Positions 1-10,342 are shown, numbered from the stretch's first letter. The stretch is DNA of 64,000 nt from Patescibacteria group bacterium (GCA_016784145.1 JADHVF010000003.1:22048-86047); one strand, 5' to 3'. Made by a program: numbers and translations. Notes: generated from the sequence alone by a model not told the origin.

Positions 1-972
1 CAACCAGGTGGTTGTAAGCTTGGGCAAAGAACAATCAAACCACATTTTTTTGCCTTAGAAAAAATGGGGGTTAAAATTGAAGCAAGGCCAAAATCATATT
101 CAATTAGAAACAAACAATTAACTCCAGCTAAAATCGTGCTTTATGAATCAGGAGATACTGTTACTGAAAATGCCATCATGGCAGCCAGTCGAATAAAAGG
201 CAAGACAACTATCAAGCTTGCTTCAGCAAATTACCAAGTTCAAGATTTGTGTTATTTCTTAAAAAAACTAGGCATTAAAATAAATGGAATTGGAACAACC
301 ACTTTAACTATTTTCGGCAACCCAAACATTGATAAACAAATAAAATACAATCTTAGCGAGGACCCAATTGAATCAATGCTTTTTATTTCTATTGCTGCCA
401 CCACTAATTCCAGCTTAACAATAAAAAGATGCCCAATTGAATTTTTGGAATTAGAATTATTAAAATTAGATAAAATGGGTTTTAATTTCAAAATTTTAAA
501 AAAATATAAATCTAAAAATGGATTTACCAAATTAGTTGATTTAAAAACATTTCCATCAAAATTAAAGGCATTAGAAGAAAAAATTTATGCCAGACCTTTC
601 CCTGGACTAAATATTGACAACTTGCCCTTTTTTGTACCAATAGCAACTCAAGCCAAAGGAACAACCCTGATTCATGACTGGATATATGAAGGGCGAGCTT
701 TATATTATATTGAACTCTCTAAAATGAATGCAAATATTATATTAGCAGACCCACACAGAATTTATATAAAAGGACCTGTAAAATTAAAAGCCAGTGAAAT
801 CATTTGTCCGCCAGCCTTACGTCCTTCTGCAATTATCTTGATTGCCATGTTGCAAGCCAAGGGAAAATCAATACTACGAAACGTTATCTCGATTTTAAGA
901 GGATATGAATCCTTGGCCAATAGATTAAACAAAATAGGAGCAGACATTCAAATAATTAAAAAAAATGACTGA
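1..972 (+). CDS. murA: UDP-N-acetylglucosamine 1-carboxyvinyltransferase (5' truncated by window)
   Basis: Frame open from base 1 (QPGGCKLGQR, the MurA catalytic Cys loop); later TVTENAIMAA, RPFPG and RGYE motifs. Confidence 0.9.
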   Translation, partial: QPGGCKLGQRTIKPHFFALEKMGVKIEARPKSYSIRNKQLTPAKIVLYESGDTVTENAIMAASRIKGKTTIKLASANYQVQDLCYFLKKLGIKINGIGTTTLTIFGNPNIDKQIKYNLSEDPIESMLFISIAATTNSSLTIKRCPIEFLELELLKLDKMGFNFKILKKYKSKNGFTKLVDLKTFPSKLKALEEKIYARPFPGLNIDNLPFFVPIATQAKGTTLIHDWIYEGRALYYIELSKMNANIILADPHRIYIKGPVKLKASEIICPPALRPSAIILIAMLQAKGKSILRNVISILRGYESLANRLNKIGADIQIIKKND

Positions 973-1561
973 CATGCAAATAACTAGAGGTTATGGATTT
1001 TTAGAAAATTTTTTAGCCAAACAAAGAGAAGGAGTCGCCAATAAGTTAATTTTAAACAAATATCGGCAAGGCAGAATCTTGGATATTGGGTGTGGATTAT
1101 TTCCCCTTTTTTTAACAAATACAAAATTTAAAGAAAAATATGGCTTGGATAAAATTCATTCAAGAAAATTAGAAAAATCTGATGTCTTGTTAATAAATCA
1201 CGACATTAAACAAGAAAAAAAACTACCTTTTGAAGATAATTTTTTTGATGTTATAACAATGTTAGCCGTGATTGAACATTTTGAAAAAAAATATGCAACA
1301 TTTACATTAAAAGAAATTTATAGAATATTAAAGCCAGGCGGAACATACATTTTAACAACCCCTAATAAATGGACTCATTCATTGTTAAAAATAATGGCCC
1401 GATTAAAATTAATAAGCCAACAAGAAATAGACGAACATATATCAAGATACAATCATAATGATGTTAAAAATATTCTTACTCAAGCAGGATTTGAAAGAAA
1501 AAAAATTCAATTAGGATATTTTGAATTTTTTATGAATATCTGGGGAAAAACAATTAAATAA
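965..1561 (+). CDS. Class I SAM-dependent methyltransferase
   Basis: ILDIGCG motif I, LPFEDNFFDVI, RILKPGG. Confidence 0.85.
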   Translation: MTDMQITRGYGFLENFLAKQREGVANKLILNKYRQGRILDIGCGLFPLFLTNTKFKEKYGLDKIHSRKLEKSDVLLINHDIKQEKKLPFEDNFFDVITMLAVIEHFEKKYATFTLKEIYRILKPGGTYILTTPNKWTHSLLKIMARLKLISQQEIDEHISRYNHNDVKNILTQAGFERKKIQLGYFEFFMNIWGKTIK

Positions 1562-1565
1562 ATAT

Positions 1566-3152
1566 TTAATTATATGTTATCTTGAAATTACTCTGGGGGA
1601 TTTCATATTTATCAATAACCTTTTTATTAAGGTTATTTTTTCTTAAAAAAATAATAATATTGCTATCAACAAAAACAGGCGCCCATTGTGAATCATTAAT
1701 TCTTGAAATTAAAAATTTTTGTGCCCAAGGAGTAATATCCCTGCGAAAGAAAAAAATTGAATTAAAATCATACAAAGATAATTTTGCTTGCCAGGTTGCT
1801 TCATCTGATTGCATTGGAATATAAGTATCTTGAAAAAATTTATTAGGATAAGATGCCGGCCTGTTATCAACAAAAACTTTTTCAATTGGATATAAATGAT
1901 AAATTAAATATCCGCCAACATCATAATTATTAAAAATAGGCCCTTTTAGATTGTTTTTATTCCAGAAATCTATGGAAGCATTATTGATTGACATTAGTCC
2001 AATCCCAAAATTATGTTGTTTGATTAAATTATAATTACCAACCAGCAAACAAAGTATTATTATTAAAAATATTATATTCAAAACAATTGATTGAAGCTGT
2101 TTAGATATTTTCTTAAAGTAAAAAACACTACCTCCTATATTAAAAGCAATCACTGGCAAGGCAAAAAAACCAAACAAAGATATGTTTCTATTCATTATCC
2201 ATGCCATGAAAGAAAAACCTAACATTAAGAAAAAGAGAGCCAGGGAAAATCTTTTTTTATTAAATATTAAAGCATATAAAAAACTTAACAAAGCAACCAA
2301 AAATATTATCTTAAAAAACAAATACCCTTGCGTGCCAAAATATCTATCCATAAACCAGATTGACTGATTTTCAATAATTTTATAACCATAATTTGTAACC
2401 ATATAATAAAAGGGATGCCAAACTCCTTTATAAAAAAATGGATTTACGAATTGAGCCAAATAGCAAATTATAAATATAATTCCATATTTTTGCCTATTGC
2501 TTGCCAAAGTTATTCGCCATGTAGATAGAATTTTTGGCTTTTTTTTACTGCTTGGCAAAATTAACTCTTCTAACCAAAAAGCCAATACTATTAATGGCCC
2601 TAAAAAGAAAAACACATGTAAGTTGACCCATAATATTTGGAGAATAGGCAATAAAAAAAGTGTTTTATAAGAAATTCTACCTTGTCTATAATTAAGCAAT
2701 ATATATATAAATAAAATACTGAAAAGATAAGAAAAAACTTCTGGACGGACTTCTGTCCTGGTTACTAAAATTGGAATTATTAATAATGATAGAATTATTG
2801 TTAAAAAATTATTTGAATATTGACGAGCCAAGATAAAAGAAAATCCAAAAATTATTAATGATAAAATTAAATAAACAATTGATATTCCTGAAAATCCTGA
2901 AAGCTTATTAATCCAAAAAAATAAAACGCCAGTTGCCCAATGATGATTAATTGTTCGAACAGTTGGATTTGTATAAGAATAAAAACTAGTAGTCATAACT
3001 TGCTTGTTCCCCTCTAATACAAGCTCTCCGTTTTTTAGGTGACGACCAATATCTGAATTAGTCAGATTAATTGGAGTGGCCATTAAAAAACAATACCAGC
3101 CAAAAATTAAGAATATAAGCAAAAAAATTAAATATTTGGAAAATATATTCAT
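1566..3152 (-). CDS. Polytopic membrane protein, probable GT-C-type glycosyltransferase
   Basis: Many TM segments; DIGRHL, RPE, LWVNLH and GGYLI/FVDNR motifs. Confidence 0.6.
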   Translation of the reverse strand: MNIFSKYLIFLLIFLIFGWYCFLMATPINLTNSDIGRHLKNGELVLEGNKQVMTTSFYSYTNPTVRTINHHWATGVLFFWINKLSGFSGISIVYLILSLIIFGFSFILARQYSNNFLTIILSLLIIPILVTRTEVRPEVFSYLFSILFIYILLNYRQGRISYKTLFLLPILQILWVNLHVFFFLGPLIVLAFWLEELILPSSKKKPKILSTWRITLASNRQKYGIIFIICYLAQFVNPFFYKGVWHPFYYMVTNYGYKIIENQSIWFMDRYFGTQGYLFFKIIFLVALLSFLYALIFNKKRFSLALFFLMLGFSFMAWIMNRNISLFGFFALPVIAFNIGGSVFYFKKISKQLQSIVLNIIFLIIILCLLVGNYNLIKQHNFGIGLMSINNASIDFWNKNNLKGPIFNNYDVGGYLIYHLYPIEKVFVDNRPASYPNKFFQDTYIPMQSDEATWQAKLSLYDFNSIFFFRRDITPWAQKFLISRINDSQWAPVFVDSNIIIFLRKNNLNKKVIDKYEIPQSNFKITYN

Positions 3153-3216
3153 ACATTATATTTTATTATGTTTTTTTAATATTGCCAACACATAATATGG
3201 TGTTATAATAATTAAT

Positions 3217-3774
3217 ATGATAAAAGATAAGATCCCGGGAGGTAAAAAATTAATTGATGCAAAAACTCTCTTAGAAAAAACAGGCATTGGTAAAAAAATG
3301 TCTGTAGCAGATCTTGGCTGTGGGAGAAGAGGACACTTTTCTCTTCAATCAGCTAAATTGGTTGGCCCCCAAGGAGTTGTTTATGCCATTGATATTGTAA
3401 AAGACGCTTTAGCTAGCGTAGAGGGAGCTTCTAAGGTTTTTGGCGTAATGAATCTAAAAACAATTTGGGCTGATTTAGAAATTTACGGCTCAACAAAATT
3501 AAAAGATGATTCCATTGATTTAGTTATATTAAATAATGTATTATTCCAGACAACCAAAGAAAAAGAGATAATAAAAGAAGGTATAAGAATATTAAAAAAA
3601 ACAGGCAAATTTTTAATTGTTGACTGGAAAAAATCATCAACCCTTTTCGGGCCTCCAATGGAAAATAGAGTTAGTATTGATGAAATAAAACAAACTACAA
3701 GAGAAGTCGGATTAAAATTAGTTAAAGAATTTACAGCCGGACCAAGTCACTACGCCTTGATATTCAAAAAATAA
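3217..3774 (+). CDS. Class I SAM-dependent methyltransferase
   Basis: VADLGCG motif, YAIDI, VDWKK...GPP. Confidence 0.85.
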   Translation: MIKDKIPGGKKLIDAKTLLEKTGIGKKMSVADLGCGRRGHFSLQSAKLVGPQGVVYAIDIVKDALASVEGASKVFGVMNLKTIWADLEIYGSTKLKDDSIDLVILNNVLFQTTKEKEIIKEGIRILKKTGKFLIVDWKKSSTLFGPPMENRVSIDEIKQTTREVGLKLVKEFTAGPSHYALIFKK

Positions 3775-4016
3775 CCTACTTAGGATTGCTTGGGATTTGG
3801 GCTCCAAGTATTAATAACTGATGTTTGTATGACCTCTGCTTTTTTAGAAAAGAAGAGGATTTGTATTTAGAAGACCATTGGGAAACCAGGGAAAATATTT
3901 AATAATTAAAATACTTATTTTTTGCCGAACAAGAAGCAAGGCCTCTTGATGTCAAGTATTGACAAAAACAAAAAAATTTGCTACCATATATATACAATCT
4001 AAAAAAGGAGGATACT

Positions 4017-4244
4017 TTGAAAAAATATACTGCAAGAAGAAAAATGATTCACAGAATCATATCCGGGCCATTATTTATGGCTATTGGGACATATCTCGTG
4101 TTTCAAACAAGCGGGGCTGGTTCAACTCCCGGAGAAATAGTTGTCTCCACGATATTATTCCCTGTCTGGTTATTTGGAATAGCAATGACAACATTCGGCA
4201 TTTATGTCCTTTTTCTTCCATTAATCAGGAAATACGATTTATAA
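4017..4244 (+). CDS. Small hypothetical membrane protein (2 TM); start reassigned to TTG 4017
   Basis: AGGAGG at 4006-4011, promoter TTGACA 3959-3964 with TGnTACCAT, terminator downstream. Confidence 0.6.
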   Translation: MKKYTARRKMIHRIISGPLFMAIGTYLVFQTSGAGSTPGEIVVSTILFPVWLFGIAMTTFGIYVLFLPLIRKYDL

Positions 4245-4256
4245 AACAAAGTAAAC

Positions 4257-4284
4257 AAAAGCCGGCTAATTAAAGCCGGCTTTT
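4257..4284 (+). terminator. Intrinsic terminator
   Basis: AAAAGCCGGCT...AGCCGGCTTTT hairpin. Confidence 0.75.
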
Positions 4285-4336
4285 CCCTTGTTTAAAATAA
4301 TAAGACACAAAACAACCTTTAATTAAACTTGCCACC

Positions 4337-4535
4337 AAGTAGGCCCTACTTAGAGGCCTTTACCTCACTTAGAGGCCTTGCCCCTAAGTAGATATTGAGC
4401 ACGAATCTTACTGAGGGTTTTACTTAGAGGCCTTGCCCCTAAGTAGGGTAGAAATCAATAATCAGTAATCAATAATCAACAACCTCGCTGAGGGTTTTAC
4501 TTAGAGGCCTTGCCCCTAAGTAGATATTGAGCACA
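4337..4535 (+). repeat. Mosaic hairpin/heptamer repeat array A
   Basis: ACTTAGAGGCCTTGCCCCTAAGTAG at 4367, 4422 and 4499, a partial at 4346, and an (AATCAAT)n linker. Confidence 0.95.
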
Positions 4536-4619
4536 AATATCATGTATTGACAACCGAAGAAGAATTTGTTATTATATTATACACTAAATTATTTAACATA
4601 AAAAAGGAGGATAGAATAA

Positions 4620-4880
4620 ATGGATTCAATTAGCTTTATTGAAAACGGATTAAAAATAGAATTCTCAATCGAAAAATTGCCAACCATTAATCACAAGATT
4701 AATGAAAAAATTAGTAAGACAATTTTAGAAAAAATGGGAAAAGCAATTGAAAAAAACGCTTCCATAGGAATAATAGAAGAATATACCAAAATCATTAAGG
4801 AAAAATTTCCTAACAAAATAAATGATTTTGATAAAATATTACACTATTCCATGGATAATCTAAAAAAAAGCCAACTTTAA
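4620..4880 (+). CDS. Hypothetical protein
   Basis: TTGACA 4547 with 17 bp to TATTAT, AGGAGG SD, terminator hairpin overlapping the stop. Confidence 0.65.
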   Translation: MDSISFIENGLKIEFSIEKLPTINHKINEKISKTILEKMGKAIEKNASIGIIEEYTKIIKEKFPNKINDFDKILHYSMDNLKKSQL

Positions 4881-4930
4881 TTAGTTGGCTTTATCCTTGC
4901 TTTTTTAAAAAAAAACTTTATAATATTATT

Positions 4931-4964
4931 ATAACTAACCCATTATAAATAGGTTAGTTATTTG
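4931..4964 (+). promoter_or_regulatory. nusA leader hairpin with weak U-tract (candidate NusA-dependent attenuator)
   Basis: ATAACTAACC/GGTTAGTTAT stem between a TATAAT (4919-4924) and the nusA start. Confidence 0.5.
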
Positions 4965-4988
4965 CTAAATTATTAATCTTAAAAAAAA

Positions 4989-6299
4989 ATGATAGAAAAC
5001 ATTTTACTAGCAATTGAACAAATTTCCGAAGAAAAAGGAATTAAAAAAGAACAAGTTCTAGAAGCAATCGAGCAAGCTTTGGCCGCTGCCTATAGAAAAG
5101 ACTTTGGGAATAAATTGCAAAACATAAAAATAGAATTTGACCCAGAATCTGGAAAAATGAAGGCCTTTGATGAAAAGACAGTAGTTAAAGATGCAGAAGA
5201 AAATGATGATGAAGAAGAAGAGGAAGAGAAGAATGCTGAAACAAAAGAAGAAGAAGGAGAACCAATAAAAAGATTTAACCCAAAAACTGAAATCTATTTA
5301 TCTGATGCAATTAAAATTAAAGCAAAAGCAATCATAGATGACATCATTAAAATGCCATTAGAAATTCCTTCTAATTTTGGCCGAATAGCTGCCCAAACTG
5401 CCAAACAAGTAATAATCCAACGATTAAGAGAAACTGAAAGAGAAGTTATATATGAAAGATTTAAAGAAAAAGCAGGAACAATTATAAGCGGGGTTGTTCA
5501 AAGAATAGAAAGACAAGCCATATTTGTTGATGTAGAAAATACAGTTGCGAAAATGCCTTATGAAGAGCAAGTTAAAGAAGAAAAATATTTTTTAGAACAA
5601 AAACTTAAATTTTATATTGTTAATGTTTCAATGACACCAAAAGGACCTGAAATAATTATATCTAGAAAACATCCAGACATTTTGAAAGAATTATTTATTT
5701 CAGAAATTCCCGAAATAGGAAATAATTTAATAAAAATAGAAGCAATTGCCAGAGAACCTGGGTCAAGAGCAAAAATAGCTGTCTGGACAAAAGAAAAATC
5801 AATCGACCCAATAGGAGCTTGTATTGGCCAACGAGGAAGTAGGATTCAAACAATTATAAATGAAGTTGGCGGAGAAAAAATAGACATTGTTGAATTTGAT
5901 AAAGATATTGAAAAATACATAGCCAATTCTCTTTCTCCAGCCAAAATATCGTCAATTAAACTAAAGAAAAAAGAAAAAATAGCTATTGTCAGAGTAAAAA
6001 AAGACCAACTCTCTTTAGCCATAGGAAAATTTGGACAAAATGTTCGTTTAGCGTCAAGGTTAACTGAATGGAAAATTAGCATTGAAGAAGAAGCAACAAA
6101 AGAATCACTAGATGACAAACAAACAAAAGACAAGGATGCTCCAGAAGAAACAGTCACAACCAAAGATAAAATTGAAAACGAGCAAAAGGTAGTCGAAACT
6201 AAATCTACTAAAAGCAAGGCCGGGGGAAAGAAAAAACTTACTGACAAGAAAAAAACCTCTAAAAATACAAAGAAAACCAAAGAAAAAGAGAAAGAATAA
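4989..6299 (+). CDS. nusA: Transcription termination/antitermination factor NusA
   Basis: FGRIAAQTAKQ, AREPGSRAKIAV, IDPIGACIG, SLAIGKFGQNVRLA. Confidence 0.98.
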   Translation: MIENILLAIEQISEEKGIKKEQVLEAIEQALAAAYRKDFGNKLQNIKIEFDPESGKMKAFDEKTVVKDAEENDDEEEEEEKNAETKEEEGEPIKRFNPKTEIYLSDAIKIKAKAIIDDIIKMPLEIPSNFGRIAAQTAKQVIIQRLRETEREVIYERFKEKAGTIISGVVQRIERQAIFVDVENTVAKMPYEEQVKEEKYFLEQKLKFYIVNVSMTPKGPEIIISRKHPDILKELFISEIPEIGNNLIKIEAIAREPGSRAKIAVWTKEKSIDPIGACIGQRGSRIQTIINEVGGEKIDIVEFDKDIEKYIANSLSPAKISSIKLKKKEKIAIVRVKKDQLSLAIGKFGQNVRLASRLTEWKISIEEEATKESLDDKQTKDKDAPEETVTTKDKIENEQKVVETKSTKSKAGGKKKLTDKKKTSKNTKKTKEKEKE

Positions 6300-6303
6300 T
6301 TAA

Positions 6304-6346
6304 TTAACATTGTGCTCGCTGAGAACCATGGGCAAGATGGGTGTAA
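6304..6346 (+). promoter_or_regulatory. Candidate structured cis-regulatory RNA upstream of hppA
   Basis: GC-rich island in an AT-rich spacer; TGCTC/GGGCA stem. Confidence 0.35.
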
Positions 6347-6387
6347 AAAAAATATTAATTATTGATTATTAAAATAAATTAAATTAT

Positions 6388-8343
6388 ATGCTTTATTTTT
6401 CTATTGTTATTTCTATGCTAGGGCTTTTAATCGCTTTTTATTTAGCAAATAAAATAAAAAGAATAAATACAAATAGCCATTCAGCCGAGCAAATAGCAGA
6501 ATTAATAAAAAATGGAGCAATGTCTTTTTTAAAAGAAGAATATAGAGTTTTAAAAATATCTGTAATCATCGTATTTTTCCTCCTCTTTATTTTTTTATCA
6601 ATCAAAATAGCCATTACATTTATTTTTGGAGCTATTTTAGCCGCCTTGTCTGGAAACATTGGCATGCGGATTGCAACTATTGCCAACATACGAACAGCTG
6701 AAGCAGTGCAATCAAAAATAATTCCTGGACTTAAAATAGCCTTTAATTCTGGCACTGTAATGGGGCTAACAACTGCTTGTTTTGGATTAACTGGAATAAG
6801 TATTTTTTATATTATTTTTCAAGACATCCAAATTATTTATGGATTTGGATTAGGAGCATCTTTGGTGGCATTATTTGCCAGAGTAGGTGGAGGAATATAT
6901 ACCAAAGCAGCTGATGTTGGGGCAGATTTAGCTGGCAAAATTGAAGCAAGTATTCCGGAAGACGATCCCAGAAATCCAGCTATAATCGCGGACAATGTTG
7001 GCGATAACGTAGGAGATGTGGCTGGCATGGGGGCTGACTTATTTGAAAGTTATGTTAATTCCTTGATTGCCAGCATGGCTTTGGGTATGATTGGAATTCA
7101 ACTTATAGGAAAAAATATTATATTTATTCCGCTAACAATAGCTGCCATTGGAATAATCTCTAGTTTGATTGGGTATTTAACTGTTTATTTTTCAAAATCA
7201 AGCAAACCAGCCAAAATACTTGATAAAACAATATGGGCTTCTTCTGTTTCGACAATAATTGGTTCTCTTATATTTTTAAAAATATTTTCTTTCGATATAA
7301 AAATTTTAGGTGCAATTATTGCTGGTCTTGTTTGTGGAGTAATAATCGGAGCAACTACCCAATATTTTACATCAAATAAATATAGTCCTACAAAAAACTT
7401 GGCCAAAGCATCTATTACGGGAGCTGGTACAAATATTATTTCTGGAATATCATTGGGAATGAAAAGCACATTAATTCCAATGTTAGCAATTTCAGCTACA
7501 ATTTTAATTTCTCATAAAATTGCAGGTGTCTATGGAGTCAGTCTAGCGGCTATTGGAATGCTATCAATATTAACAACAATTATTGCCATTGATGCCTATG
7601 GGTCTATCTCTGACAATGCAGCTGGCATTGCTGAAATGGCTAAAATGGGGAAATCAACCAGAAAAAATGCTGAAAGATTAGATTCAATTGGAAATACAAC
7701 CGCAGCTATTGGGAAAGGGTTTGCCATTGGCTCGGCAGCATTGACTGCCATTGTCTTGTTAACTAGCTATCTTCAATCAATACAAGTAAAAATTATTGAT
7801 TTAAATAGGCCAGAAATTATTGTTGGACTATTTATTGGTGGATTAATGCCATTTTTATTCTCATCCATTACAATGCAAGCTGTTAGCAAAACTGCTGAAA
7901 AAATTGTTCAAGAAGTGCGCAGGCAATTCAAAGAAATAAAAGGGCTAATCCAAGGAGAAACAAAGCCTGATTATCAAAAATGTATTACAATATCAACCAA
8001 TGCTGCTTTAGGCAAAATGGTTCTGCCTAGCATAATAACAATTATAGCTCCCATTCTTATTGGGATAGTCCTTGGCAAGCAAGCATTAGGAGGATTTCTT
8101 GTTGGAGCAATTTTAGTTGGGTTCTTGTTGGCCGTAATGATGGCCAATTCAGGCGGGGCATGGGATAATGCTAAAAAATATATTGAGCAAGGAAATCTAG
8201 GAGGCAAGGGTTCTGATGCTCACAAGTCATCCATTATCGGAGATACTGTAGGAGACCCTTTTAAAGATACGGCTGGGCCAAGCTTGAACATTCTTATCAA
8301 GTTAATGTCAATTGTATCTTTAATTATTGCTCCATTATTATAA
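6388..8343 (+). CDS. hppA: Membrane-bound pyrophosphatase, K+-dependent type (probably Na+-translocating)
   Basis: [37 protein letters not shown] (Ala marks K+ dependence), [10 protein letters not shown]. Confidence 0.95.
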   Translation: MLYFSIVISMLGLLIAFYLANKIKRINTNSHSAEQIAELIKNGAMSFLKEEYRVLKISVIIVFFLLFIFLSIKIAITFIFGAILAALSGNIGMRIATIANIRTAEAVQSKIIPGLKIAFNSGTVMGLTTACFGLTGISIFYIIFQDIQIIYGFGLGASLVALFARVGGGIYTKAADVGADLAGKIEASIPEDDPRNPAIIADNVGDNVGDVAGMGADLFESYVNSLIASMALGMIGIQLIGKNIIFIPLTIAAIGIISSLIGYLTVYFSKSSKPAKILDKTIWASSVSTIIGSLIFLKIFSFDIKILGAIIAGLVCGVIIGATTQYFTSNKYSPTKNLAKASITGAGTNIISGISLGMKSTLIPMLAISATILISHKIAGVYGVSLAAIGMLSILTTIIAIDAYGSISDNAAGIAEMAKMGKSTRKNAERLDSIGNTTAAIGKGFAIGSAALTAIVLLTSYLQSIQVKIIDLNRPEIIVGLFIGGLMPFLFSSITMQAVSKTAEKIVQEVRRQFKEIKGLIQGETKPDYQKCITISTNAALGKMVLPSIITIIAPILIGIVLGKQALGGFLVGAILVGFLLAVMMANSGGAWDNAKKYIEQGNLGGKGSDAHKSSIIGDTVGDPFKDTAGPSLNILIKLMSIVSLIIAPLL

Positions 8344-8365
8344 TAAATAAAAAAATAAACAAAAT

Positions 8366-9673
8366 ATGAATATTAAAAAAAACCAACTTGACCAAAGTTT
8401 AATTGAATTTATTGTAGAATTATCTACTTTAGAAATGGCTCCCTTTATAAAACAAGCAACAGCAGAGCTCTCAAAAGATATTGAAGTAGCTGGATTTCGT
8501 AAAGGAAAAGCTCCTGCCAATATTGTTCAGCAAGAAATTGGGGAAGATAAAATCTTGCAAGCCTCAGCAGAAAAAGCAATTAATCAAAAATATCCTGAAA
8601 TAATTGCTAAAGAAAAACTTCAACCAATTGATCAGCCAAAAATTGAAATTCAGAAAATAGCCAAAGATAATCCTCTTATTTTTAAAGTTATAGTTGCAAT
8701 CATCCCAAGTGTAAAAGTAGGAGATTATAAAAAAATTAAGATTAAACAAGAAGTTAAAGAAATAAAAAAACAAGACGTTGATAATGTTATTAAAGAGCTT
8801 CAAATGGCCAAGAAAAAAGAAATCCTTGTTCAAAGAAAAGCTAACAAGGGAGATAAAATAGAGGTTGATTTAAATCTTTTTATTGATAAAGTCCCAGTGG
8901 AAAACGGACAAGTTAAAAACTTTTCAACAATATTGGGAGGACAAGAACAAATTCCTGGCATATCCAAAAATCTTGAAGGATTAAAAAAGGGAGATAAAAA
9001 AGAATTTTCATTTAAATATCCTGATTCTCATTATGACAAAGTCCTGGCCGGGAAATTAGTAGATTTTAAAGCTGAAGTTAAAAATGTATATGAAATAGAA
9101 TTACCAAAACTTGATAATGATTTTGCCAAAGGATTAGGAAAATTTAAGACAGTTGAAGAATTAAAAAATAAAATTAAAGAGAATGTAGAGGCCGAACAAA
9201 AAAACAAACAATCTCAAAAAGCAGAAAAAGAAATATTAGAACAATTAGTTAAAATGTCTGAAATAGATAAAATCCCGACCATACTTGTTGATAAAGAAAC
9301 AGATAAAATGCTAGAAGAAATTAAAATGTCTATCAAAAATTATAATGACTTTTCTAATTTTGAGGATTATTTAAAAAATATCAAAAAAACAGAAGAACAA
9401 TTAAAAAAAGAACTTGGTCAAAGCGCTGAGCAAAGAGTAAAAACCTCTTTATGTATAAGGCAACTAGCAATTGATGAAAAAATAACAATTTCTGACAAAG
9501 AAGTGAAAGCTGAAATCGAAAAAATCCAAGCAATGTATAAAATGCAAGGCCAAGGAGAAGAACAAATACAAGAGATGGTAAACAATCTTCAAACTACTAA
9601 TGGACAAATTTATATTAAAAATCTATTGACAAATCGTAAAATTATTGAAAAATTAAAAGAAGAAATATTATAA
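8366..9673 (+). CDS. tig: Trigger factor
   Basis: GFRKGKAP ribosome-binding motif, FKBP domain. Confidence 0.95.
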   Translation: MNIKKNQLDQSLIEFIVELSTLEMAPFIKQATAELSKDIEVAGFRKGKAPANIVQQEIGEDKILQASAEKAINQKYPEIIAKEKLQPIDQPKIEIQKIAKDNPLIFKVIVAIIPSVKVGDYKKIKIKQEVKEIKKQDVDNVIKELQMAKKKEILVQRKANKGDKIEVDLNLFIDKVPVENGQVKNFSTILGGQEQIPGISKNLEGLKKGDKKEFSFKYPDSHYDKVLAGKLVDFKAEVKNVYEIELPKLDNDFAKGLGKFKTVEELKNKIKENVEAEQKNKQSQKAEKEILEQLVKMSEIDKIPTILVDKETDKMLEEIKMSIKNYNDFSNFEDYLKNIKKTEEQLKKELGQSAEQRVKTSLCIRQLAIDEKITISDKEVKAEIEKIQAMYKMQGQGEEQIQEMVNNLQTTNGQIYIKNLLTNRKIIEKLKEEIL

Positions 9674-9678
9674 GTTTT

Positions 9679-9750
9679 GCGGGCGTCGTATAGTGGCTAT
9701 TATACGTCCTTGCCAAGGATGAGACGGCGGTTCAATTCCGCTCGCCCGCT
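9679..9750 (+). tRNA. tRNA-Gly(GCC)
   Basis: Acceptor GCGGGCG/CGCCCGC; anticodon arm CGTCC-TTGCCAA-GGATG. Confidence 0.95.
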
Positions 9751-9810
9751 TTTTCAAGAATTTATGCACAAAGACTATTCCCTATTTCGGAAATATGTCT
9801 TTTTTTTTTA

Positions 9811-10066
9811 TTACCTCACTTAGAGGCCTTGCCCCTAAGTAGGGTACAAATCAATAATCAGTAATCAATAATCAACAACCTCACTGAGGGTTCTACTTAG
9901 AGTTTACTTAGAGGCCTTGCCCCTAAGTAGAGTATAAATCAATAATCAGTAATCAATAATCAACAACCTCACTTAGAGGCCTTGCCCCTAAGTAGAATAA
10001 TCAACAATCTCCCTTAGAGTTTTACTTAGAGGCCTTGCCCCTAAGTAGACTCACTTAGAGGCCTTG
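9811..10066 (+). repeat. Mosaic hairpin/heptamer repeat array B
   Basis: 25-bp hairpin at 9818, 9906, 9971 and 10024, a partial at 10053, heptamer linkers. Confidence 0.95.
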
Positions 10067-10126
10067 ATTATACTTAAGAGGTCCAGCCTCCAAGAAGAGG
10101 GTGGACCTCAATAAAATTACTAAAAA

Positions 10127-10209
10127 TGGGTGGGGCAGGATTCGAACCTACGAAGGTAATCACCGTCAGATTTACAGTCTGATGCATTTGGCCGCTTTGC
10201 TACCCACCC
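10127..10209 (-). tRNA. tRNA-Tyr(GTA)
   Basis: Minus strand GGGTGGG...TCAGA-CTGTAAA-TCTGA, long variable arm. Confidence 0.95.
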
Positions 10210-10216
10210 GTAAATT

Positions 10217-10288
<72 letters not shown>

Positions 10289-10342
10289 ACAGGGGGTCAG
10301 TCTCCCTTTAGAGAGGTCTAACCCCTGTGTATAATTATACTT

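Noticed and set aside
965-972. Alternative genetic code (TGA=Gly, as in Gracilibacteria)
   Set aside because: TGA ends genes at ATGA-type junctions and conserved ORFs are uninterrupted under code 11.
3959-4273. 104-aa ORF
   Set aside because: Starts inside a -35 box; the overlapping frame has the SD and TM pattern.
5846-6310. Antisense ORFs of 60-180 aa here and throughout the ORF track
   Set aside because: They overlap confidently identified genes and show shadow-frame composition.
9811-10066. CRISPR array call for the 25-bp palindromic repeats (also 4.3, 39.5 and 60.8 kb)
   Set aside because: Linkers vary widely in length and are themselves repeated or low-complexity; only one is unique; no cas genes in the window.
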